From contig JANLOX010000183.1 of NCBI GenBank assembly GCA_031366795.1, positions 1 to 17,932 on the forward strand: 17,932 nucleotides of DNA, in the 5' to 3' direction. Below are positions 7,811 to 15,249 of the stretch, piece by piece. The position numbers and the translations under genes were made by a program. Each line of letters begins with the position of its first letter. Position 1 is the first letter of the stretch. The notes under the pieces are model-generated. The model was not told the origin of the DNA. It saw only the letters and a list, made by a program, of their open reading frames with translations, and ran no database searches. Source of the stretch: Candidatus Eiseniibacteriota bacterium. Lineage in GTDB: Bacteria; Eisenbacteria; RBG-16-71-46.

Positions 7811-10019
7811 TCACCGCAACAAGACGACATGGCCGACTCGCTCAACCGCGTTGGCACGGGCTCTGTAGAAGTACACGCCCTCACGAGCGGAACCTCCTGC
7901 GCGCTGGTGCCCATCCCAAACGAGCGGTTCGCCGAGGGGACGCCGTATCGACTCAACAAGCCTGCCAGTGACGTCATATATCTGGAGCGTCGCAAGTGTG
8001 TTTCGCGAACCTTTCGTCGCAAAGTGCACTCCAGAACGACTCGGGTTGGCGCCAAGCAGCACCAACTGCGTCCCTTCCTGGGTTTCGCTTTCGCTATTCA
8101 GCGGGCCCGGAGAGCTGGGAACGACGATGTTGAGTAGGATCACGTCGTCGCCGCCGCTTACCGTCGCGACAACGACAACAACCTTGAACGAATGCCCCTT
8201 GGCTCCCGTGGGCGGGGTCATCGAAAGATTGCAGCTTGAGAAGGACATCCAAGACTGAAGAAAGTAGGCGTTACAACTGACGACGTCCCCTTCGGGGTCG
8301 CTCGAGGTGACAGAGATTGAAGTCAGCGAGAGCGCATTGGCGATGAAGCTCTTGGTTACCGTTGTGTCGTTGATCGATGTGCCCCCGACGCTCGTGATCA
8401 CCGGTGGGCGATTCATGTTTCGGCGGCTCGTCCAGATCTGCTTTCCGCCGAGCAATACGCGTGTGCCGTCCGGCGATATTCTCGAGGAAACGATCGGGAA
8501 TTTGCCTCTCGCCATATAGGCCGGTTCGACGTAGTTGCGCACGAGCATGAGCGAGTCGACAGGTAGAGTTGCCGAAAGCGGATCGAAGACTGTCGTGGCG
8601 ACTCGTTCGGTCAGCGTGTCGATCGGCCCATATCCACAGAAAAGCAGGAGGGAGTCAGCCCCGGGGGAAGCGGCGAAGGTCGGCACGGTTGCCGTGCTTT
8701 GGGCTGCCGGGACGAACACATCGTCGACCGATCCTCCGCTCGCTGAAACCCTGCAAAGCCGATATCGGTCTTCGCCGAGGACTTGGCGTTGGAAATAGAC
8801 CCACTGCCCGTCAGGGGTCCATGAGGGGTAGAACTCGGTGTGCTGAGTATTCGGCGTCAGCCGCGTCGGTGTGCCACCACCAATGGGCACCTTCCAAATG
8901 TTGTGCCCACCGGTCGTATTGCAGCGGCTGAAGGCCACCCACTGCTCGTCGGGCGAGATAGCCGGATTCACGTCGCCCTCGGTGTTGCCCGTTGCGCCAG
9001 AGCAGGCACTTGCCGAAATCGATACGTCTGAGGTGTCCGCAGCGAATCCGAAGATTCCTTTTTGGATCAGGACGCTATCGCCACGATCAAAGACGATGAA
9101 AGTTCCATCGGGAGACCACACGGGATCGTAGTCATGCCTCCGCATCGGTGTTGACGTGATCTGTCTGATCTTGTCACCGTTTGGAGCGTTGACTTGGGGA
9201 TCGGACGGCACGATGAACACCTTGCAGGCAATGCTGTCGCATGCGATGGAATCGGTGGTGACCTGAACGCAAATGGGCGGAGCGAACCGAACAAACGACG
9301 TATACGCCACGTATCGACCGTTGGGCGCCCAGGACAGGCCACTCTCGCCCCGAGTGTTGGCCGTGTCCTGTGAGCACGATTCGCAGTAATTAGTCCGCCG
9401 CACCATGCCACCGTGAAGCGCCTGCCGGTGCCAGTGCTGCGAGTGAGCGCTGACGAGGGCACCGTCAACGCCGTTCGTCGTTCCGCTGTAGTTGAGGTCG
9501 CTGACATGCGGAAACGCATCGGCGGACGTGACCCGCCCGATATCCAGTGAATCGGTCGTGCGGATGGTTACAGCTTTCGTCCCCTTGTTCACCCCGGAGA
9601 CGAACAGGGTGACATTGAGCTTTCCGCTCCCCGAGACGCTTGGGAAGAAAATGCGCGCGACACCGTTGCGCGTGCTGTCTTCGGCAAAAATCTTCGATGG
9701 AATTTGATCGTTGACCTGCACATTGCTGTTCGACACCGGGGCGAACGTCACCCAGATTGATTCAGGCGGCACGAACTTGAGCACGTCATCTGCGTCCCGG
9801 TAGGTGATGAAGAACCGCAGGCGGGCGGGGTGCCCGGCGATCACGCTATCCCCGGCAGGGCAGCCGGAAATGCTGTCCTTGAACGACCAGGTTACATTTG
9901 GAAGCGGCGTTGGCGGGGGTGGTACCCCCCCCTGCTCGCGCAGAACGCAGGCTCACGCTACCCGAGAGGGCGAGTGCGAATACGGCAGCGAGTGCAAGGG
10001 TCTGTCGTGTACGGGTCAT
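7811..10019 (-). CDS. Large secreted multidomain protein (dockerin-like repeat, TolB/PD40 beta-propeller, Ig/cadherin-like domain, FlgD-Ig/T9SS-CTD-like tail); frameshifted at the G8 tract as sequenced
   Basis: ATG 10019 with GAGG RBS encodes the signal MTRTRQTLALAAVFALALSGSVSLRSARA, but it joins the 7811-9844 frame only if the G8 run is G7. PD40 repeats: SWAPNG, PVWSPDG, PAISPDE, PSWTPDG, ISPDG. Ig-like: NRPPVIT..SDPEGD. Tail: NP..LQIYDVTGRLV..VWDG..GVYFYR..VVLLR. Confidence 0.8.
9925..9932 (-). repeat. G8 homopolymer (C8 on + strand) at the signal peptide/mature protein junction
   Basis: The + strand reads ggta-cccccccc-tgc at 9921-9935. The run sits immediately after the ARA cleavage site. 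Confidence 0.9.
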
Positions 10020-10184
10020 GGGAGCCTCGTAAGGGTCCGAGAGAAGACGATCTGCCCGACCTCAATACGCTGACGGTATGACGCCAGACCACAATCCCCT
10101 AGTCAATTATTGAGATGCCTCTATGGGCTCGGATTATCACGTTGATTCAATCTCAGTTCAGATGAGGTGCTCGACGGGCAAATA

Positions 10185-10988
10185 TCACCGATACAACTGC
10201 TTGAGCTGCCCCCAACTCGTTCGCCGCACGGGCACCGTGACGCACTCGGAGTAGCCGTCATTCGCGGTGGCGCACGCTACGGTGCCGGGGTAGGAGCCAC
10301 TCACCGTCACGGGCGGCAGCAGGTCGCCCTGCGCATCGAGCGAGTAGATCGTTCCCCTCGAGAAACCGATCGCGCATGGCTGGTTGCAGCCGAGACAACT
10401 CGCGGCGCCGAGCATGGGGATGTTGAAGGCGAAGGCGAAGTACCGCTGCCCGCCGCGCAGGTCGACGGTGTGGAGGAAGCCGCGGCCCACGGTGATCGAT
10501 AGCTTCAGGACATTGCTCCCGGGAGCGGTGAACGCTGAATACACGAGGTCACAGTTGTTGCTGTCGCCCTGGCAGAACGCATTGAGGTGTTCGGCGCAGC
10601 CACGCGGCATCCCTTTGACGAGACCGAACGAAAACGGATTGCACCCGCCGAAATCCAGTTGCCAGAACGAAGGGATTGAGGACTGCCCGGGGAAAGCGAT
10701 GTTCACGTCCGCGTCCATCGACACGGCGTTCGGCACGTCGGCGTCGAGCGTGAAGGAGCCGACCAATGTGTAGACGGTGCCGCCTTCGGCGATGCAATCG
10801 AACGGCACACCGGGAGCGGCATGCGGGTCGCCCGGGCAGGCCCACCAATTCAACTGGGTGCCGCCGATGTCACGCGCCCTCGCCGGACTCGCCGCGAGCA
10901 GGCAGGTCGCCAACAAGACAAGCACGAAAACACCCAGCGCCCAAGGCTTGCAGCGTCGCGAAATGAAATAGCCTCGGGATCGATTCAT
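10185..10988 (-). CDS. Secreted Cys-rich hypothetical protein with C-terminal SWGxLKxLYR motif
   Basis: Signal peptide ending ASPARA, 11 Cys in the mature part, ends TVPVRRTSWGQLKQLYR. Start is ATG 10988 or GTG 11003. Confidence 0.85.
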   Translation of the reverse strand: MNRSRGYFISRRCKPWALGVFVLVLLATCLLAASPARARDIGGTQLNWWACPGDPHAAPGVPFDCIAEGGTVYTLVGSFTLDADVPNAVSMDADVNIAFPGQSSIPSFWQLDFGGCNPFSFGLVKGMPRGCAEHLNAFCQGDSNNCDLVYSAFTAPGSNVLKLSITVGRGFLHTVDLRGGQRYFAFAFNIPMLGAASCLGCNQPCAIGFSRGTIYSLDAQGDLLPPVTVSGSYPGTVACATANDGYSECVTVPVRRTSWGQLKQLYR

Positions 10989-11243
10989 CAGAGCGACTCC
11001 CACGGGGCGCGCGGGCCAACGCCCGGAGAGGTGTGGACGAAAAGATTACGCGACCAAGGACCGCTACGCCACTCCAGATCGAATTTGATGGCTGCGCTTC
11101 ACGGATTGCGCAGGCCCAAGTTGAATCCTCCGGGTAACTCGCGGAACATCGCGGGGAACAGCTGATCCGCCACCCGGAGCGGCCACGCCGCCCCGGCCGG
11201 CGCCAGAGCCACCGAAACTCCATCGACTCGCGAGGCTTGCACC

Positions 11244-12602
11244 ATGAATTGGACGCAGTTGTTGTCGGTCGAACGGCTCAGCGGGTCACGTGACGATCGC
11301 GCCGCTCCGCGCACGCCGTTCCAGCGCGACTATGACCGTGTGCTGTATTCGAGCGCGTTCCGGCGGCTGGGCGACAAGACGCAGGTGTTCCCGGTGCCGT
11401 TGGACGATCACATCCATTCGCGGCTGACGCACAGCCTCGAGGTGGCGTCGATAGGCCGCTCGCTCGGCACGCTGGCCGGCCGGCACATCGCCGCTTCTGC
11501 GAACCTGCCCGAAGGACTCGACGCGCGCGATGTCGGCGATTGCGTCGCGGCCGCTTGCCTGGCGCACGATCTCGGCAACCCGCCGTTCGGGCATGTGGGC
11601 GAAGGCGCGTTCCATGAATTCTTCAAGGAGTTCATGGCGCGCCACGAACACGCAGGCTGGTCCAAGGACCTCGACGCCCCTGAGCAGGCGGACCTGCGCG
11701 CGTTCGAGGGCAACGCGCAATCGCTGCGCATCGTGACACGACTCGCGCGGCCGCTATCGAACCACGGCCTCGATCTCACGACTGCGACGCTCGGAGCGCT
11801 GGTGAAATATCCCTGCGCTTCGACGGCAACGCTCGGGAAGACGGGTGGCAAGACGAGCCGCGCCAAGCACGGCTTCAACCAGGCCGAACGCGGCGTGTTC
11901 GAGGACGTGGCCACACGCGCCGGGTTAGTCCAGACAGACCCCGGCACGCTCGCGTGGCGTCGTCATCCGCTGGCGTTCCTCACCGAGGCCGCCGACGACA
12001 TCGCCTACCGCATCATTGATCTCGAGGACGGACTGCGGCTCAAGCTCGTCAAGGACGAGCAGTTTCTCGAATTGATGCGGCCGCTGTGCGAGGGCGAACC
12101 GGGCTGCCCCGATTCATTCAAGCCCAGCGCCGATCGTGAAACCATGTTCGACCTGGCGCTGACGCTGCGCGGCGTGGCGATCAACCGGCTCGTGCGCGAG
12201 TCCGGCGCGGTGTTTGCGGAGCGCGCGCTGGCCATGCTCGATGGCGGCTTCGACGAACCGCTGCTCGATCACCTGCCTGGTCCATCGCGCGCGGCCGTGA
12301 AGGCGATCGAAGCGGTAAACCTGCGGCAGTGCTACCGCGCGCGCGACGTGTTGAAGATGGAACTGTCGGGCGCGGTGGCGATCGAGGGCGTGCTCGAGGC
12401 GTTGTCCGAGGCCGCGGTGGGCCCGGAATCGTTGCGCGGCGGCCACCTGCGGCGCTTGCTGCCCGGCGTGCTGCTCGATGGCGAGACCGCGTATCGGCGA
12501 CTGCTGCGCGTGACGGACCACGTCTCGGGCATGACCGACAATTACATGCTGCGCCAGTACCGCGAGCTGAGCGGGATCAGGCTGCCGGGCGGACGAGATT
12601 GA
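11244..12602 (+). CDS. dgt: Deoxyguanosinetriphosphate triphosphohydrolase (dGTPase/dNTPase, HD superfamily)
   Basis: RTPFQRDYDRVLYSSAFRRLGDKTQVFP, HSRLTHSLEVA, AHDLGNPPFGH, FEGNAQ, EAADDIAY..DLEDG and DHVSGMTD. GAGG RBS. Confidence 0.95.
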   Translation: MNWTQLLSVERLSGSRDDRAAPRTPFQRDYDRVLYSSAFRRLGDKTQVFPVPLDDHIHSRLTHSLEVASIGRSLGTLAGRHIAASANLPEGLDARDVGDCVAAACLAHDLGNPPFGHVGEGAFHEFFKEFMARHEHAGWSKDLDAPEQADLRAFEGNAQSLRIVTRLARPLSNHGLDLTTATLGALVKYPCASTATLGKTGGKTSRAKHGFNQAERGVFEDVATRAGLVQTDPGTLAWRRHPLAFLTEAADDIAYRIIDLEDGLRLKLVKDEQFLELMRPLCEGEPGCPDSFKPSADRETMFDLALTLRGVAINRLVRESGAVFAERALAMLDGGFDEPLLDHLPGPSRAAVKAIEAVNLRQCYRARDVLKMELSGAVAIEGVLEALSEAAVGPESLRGGHLRRLLPGVLLDGETAYRRLLRVTDHVSGMTDNYMLRQYRELSGIRLPGGRD

Positions 12603-13471
12603 GCGACCAGCCTGCGCGGGGATGGTTTTTCACCTCCGACCTGCATGGGCAGTCGAGCCTCTACGAGCAGGTACTCGCCGTCACCACCACGCTTGCCCCG
12701 GATGCCGTGATCATCGGTGGGGACCTGTGTCCTCACCATGCTGGCGTCGAGGGCCTGCGGTTGCAGCGCGTGTTCCTGCAGGGCTTCCTCGTGGAGTTCG
12801 CGCGGCGGCTGCGGGAGGCGAGCCCCGCGACGCGTTTGCTGCTGTTGATGGGCAATGACGATTGGGCCGACAACTCCGATTGCCTCGAAGCGCACCACAG
12901 TGAGTTGTGGTTCTCACTCCATGGCCGCGCCACCGAGATCGGCGGAGTACGCGTCGCGGGATTGTCGTGGGTGCCGATCACGCCGTTCGGGATGAAGGAC
13001 TGGGAGCGTTGGGATGACGGCCTCGACGAGACCCCGGGGCGGCTCGAGGGCACCATCAGCCGCGGCGGCGAGTTGCTGCCCCACACCTTCGACCCAGCAG
13101 CGCGCCGGCCGACAATTGCCGCGGCGCTGGATGAACTGGCCACGCTCTCGCCACCCGGACAGACCCTGCTCGTCTCGCACTCGCCGGCACGCGACACCCG
13201 CTGCGACCTCACGGCCGGGCGCAATCATGTAGGCTCCCGAGCCTTGAGGAGTTACGTCGAGCGCCACCAGCCACCGCTGGTGCTGAGCGGCCACATTCAC
13301 GAATCCCCCCGCATATCGGGCACCTGGCGGGACCTGATCGGGGCCACGACCGTCGTCAACCCGGGCCAATTCGGCACCCCCGGGCTCTGCGGGGTATGGT
13401 TCGACCCGTTGCAGCCGCACGACACCCTGCGACACACAGTGCACGGTCAGGTCCCCTGGCCGCCCGGCTAA
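12599..13471 (+). CDS. Calcineurin-like metallophosphoesterase (Icc-related)
   Basis: SDLHG, GGDL, GNDD, SHSP and SGHIHE motifs plus VVNPG. Likely TTG start at 12599 overlapping the dgt TGA; the ORF-track start 12329 lies inside dgt. Confidence 0.88.
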   Translation: MSDQPARGWFFTSDLHGQSSLYEQVLAVTTTLAPDAVIIGGDLCPHHAGVEGLRLQRVFLQGFLVEFARRLREASPATRLLLLMGNDDWADNSDCLEAHHSELWFSLHGRATEIGGVRVAGLSWVPITPFGMKDWERWDDGLDETPGRLEGTISRGGELLPHTFDPAARRPTIAAALDELATLSPPGQTLLVSHSPARDTRCDLTAGRNHVGSRALRSYVERHQPPLVLSGHIHESPRISGTWRDLIGATTVVNPGQFGTPGLCGVWFDPLQPHDTLRHTVHGQVPWPPG

Positions 13472-13524
13472 CCCCCTGCAATTGCAGGAAACTCCTCCGG
13501 GCCTGCGAATTGCTGTTCAGCGGG

Positions 13525-13533
13525 TGCTACACT
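13525..13533 (+). promoter_or_regulatory. Extended -10 promoter element upstream of the thioredoxin-exonuclease-peroxiredoxin genes
   Basis: TGcTACACT (TGn plus TAnnnT) 80 nt upstream of ATG 13613; no clear -35. Confidence 0.4.
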
Positions 13534-13612
13534 GGTGGCCGCACTGCCTGCGCCCATGCCTCCAAGGGATTTCGGCCTGGAGCCGCGGCCTTCCCGCCGG
13601 ATTGAGGAATTC

Positions 13613-14125
13613 ATGATTCGACTGCAGCGCTCGATGCTGATTGCCGTCACGACCGCCGTGCTGGCGCTGGGCTTCTGTGCCCCGGCGCACGCCGCCGGCG
13701 CCGTGTGGAAGGACTGGAACTCCGGACTTCGCGACGCTGCGACCGCCGGCAAGCCCGTGATCGTCGACGTCTACACCGATTGGTGCACGTGGTGTAAGCG
13801 AATGGACCAGGACGTCTATGCGCGCCCCGAGGTGAAGCGGTACCTGGCCGAGCACTTCGTGCAGGTGAAGCTCAACGCGGAATACACCACCGCCGCGCGC
13901 TATGAAGGCAAGGCCTACACCTCGCGCACGCTCGCCGAGCGCTTTCGCGTCAACGGCTTCCCCACCACGATCTTCCTGCGCGCGGACGGAACCCATATGG
14001 CGAACGTGCCCGGCTACGTTCCCGCCGAGCGCTTCATCCTGCTGTTGCACTACATCGGCGATGGCGTTATGGACCGCGGTGTGAGCTACGAAGACTTCGT
14101 GAAGCAGAACACCGGTGGCAACTGA
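13613..14125 (+). CDS. Exported thioredoxin-fold protein (SoxW/DUF255-like)
   Basis: GAGG RBS before ATG 13613, signal peptide ending AHA, VDVYTDWCTWCKRMD, and the cis-Pro loop VNGFPTTIFL. Confidence 0.88.
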   Translation: MIRLQRSMLIAVTTAVLALGFCAPAHAAGAVWKDWNSGLRDAATAGKPVIVDVYTDWCTWCKRMDQDVYARPEVKRYLAEHFVQVKLNAEYTTAARYEGKAYTSRTLAERFRVNGFPTTIFLRADGTHMANVPGYVPAERFILLLHYIGDGVMDRGVSYEDFVKQNTGGN

Positions 14126-14128
14126 AGC

Positions 14129-14752
14129 ATGTCCCTGCTCGCGGGCCAGCGCATCGTCGTGGTGGACGTCGAGACCACCGGCTTCAGCCCCGCCAACGAC
14201 TGCATCGTCGACATCGCCTGCATCACCATCGATAACGGCGTGATCACTGAAGCCTGGTCGAGCCTGGTTCGGGCCGGGAGGCCGGTGCCGCCTGAAGCGA
14301 CACGCATTCACGGCATCACCGACGCCATGCTGGCGAAGGCCCCCGCGCCATCCGCGGTGGCGAAGCCGTTTCGCGAACGCTGCGCGAACGCGACCCTGGC
14401 GATTCATAACGCCAGCTTCGACCTGCCGTTTCTCGAAGCGTTGCTGCGCCGCCATGGCGCCGAGCCGTTGTTCAATCCGGTGATCGACACGCTGGGCCTG
14501 GCGCGAGGGCTGTTCGGCCAGGGCGGCAATGGCCTTGGCGAACTCTCGCGCAAGCTCGGGATCGCTCACGCGAGTGCCCATCGCGCCGAGGGCGACGCCC
14601 GCGCGGCCGCCGAGTTATTGCTGGTGCTCGCGCCCAAATGGCAGGCCGAACGTGGTGCGACGACGCTCGCCGAACTTGCGGCCGCCAGCCAGGATGCGAT
14701 ACGGCTCACCAGCAAACGCGGTTCGCGCACTGCAGCGCCGACCGGCGTCTAA
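14129..14752 (+). CDS. Stand-alone DEDDh 3'-5' exonuclease (DnaQ/PolIII-epsilon-like)
   Basis: ExoI VDVETTG, IHGIT, ExoII HNASFD, ExoIII HRAEGDA. Confidence 0.92.
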   Translation: MSLLAGQRIVVVDVETTGFSPANDCIVDIACITIDNGVITEAWSSLVRAGRPVPPEATRIHGITDAMLAKAPAPSAVAKPFRERCANATLAIHNASFDLPFLEALLRRHGAEPLFNPVIDTLGLARGLFGQGGNGLGELSRKLGIAHASAHRAEGDARAAAELLLVLAPKWQAERGATTLAELAAASQDAIRLTSKRGSRTAAPTGV

Positions 14753-14760
14753 GGGGGCAC

Positions 14761-15234
14761 ATGAATCCAATCGCCGTGGGGCAACTCGCTCCCGAGTTCC
14801 AACTGCAGGGCCCGGGCGGCCAGTGGGTCAGTCTCAGCGACTATCGCGACAACCACAACGTCGTGCTGGTGTTCTACCCGTTGGCGTTCTCGCGCGTCTG
14901 TTCGCATGAACTTCCGGAAGTCCAGAAGCACATCAACGAATTCAGCGATCTCGACACCGTGGTGTTCGGGATCAGCGTCGACAGCCACTACGCGAACACG
15001 GCCTTCGCGAAGTCGCTCAAGCTGGATTTTTCGCTGCTGTCCGACTTCAAGCGCCTCGCCATGACGGCGTACGGCGTGCTGCGCCCCGAGAAGGGCTACA
15101 GCGGGCGCGCGACATTCCTGGTCGGCAAGGATGGCCGCATCGCCTATGTCGAAGTCGCCGAGGACGCCAGCGACCTGACGCAGGTCCCGAGCCCCGACCG
15201 GGTGCTCGAGGCGATCCGCGCGATGGCGCACTAG
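14761..15234 (+). CDS. Peroxiredoxin, AhpE-like, 1-Cys
   Basis: AAGGGGG RBS before ATG 14761. FYPLAFSRVC (PxxxSxxC), GISVDS, LLSDF and RATF; only one Cys in the protein. Confidence 0.88.
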   Translation: MNPIAVGQLAPEFQLQGPGGQWVSLSDYRDNHNVVLVFYPLAFSRVCSHELPEVQKHINEFSDLDTVVFGISVDSHYANTAFAKSLKLDFSLLSDFKRLAMTAYGVLRPEKGYSGRATFLVGKDGRIAYVEVAEDASDLTQVPSPDRVLEAIRAMAH

Positions 15235-15249
15235 CTAGCCCGATTATTC

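Noticed and set aside
7642..8055. N-terminal extension of the 355-aa ORF
   Set aside because: Overlaps the CTD-coding end of the upstream gene and would bury the signal peptide about 140 aa inside. The true start is probably downstream.
12329..12598. N-terminal extension of the phosphoesterase ORF
   Set aside because: Lies inside dgt in another frame and is an Arg/Gly-rich shadow sequence. TTG 12599 fits translational coupling.
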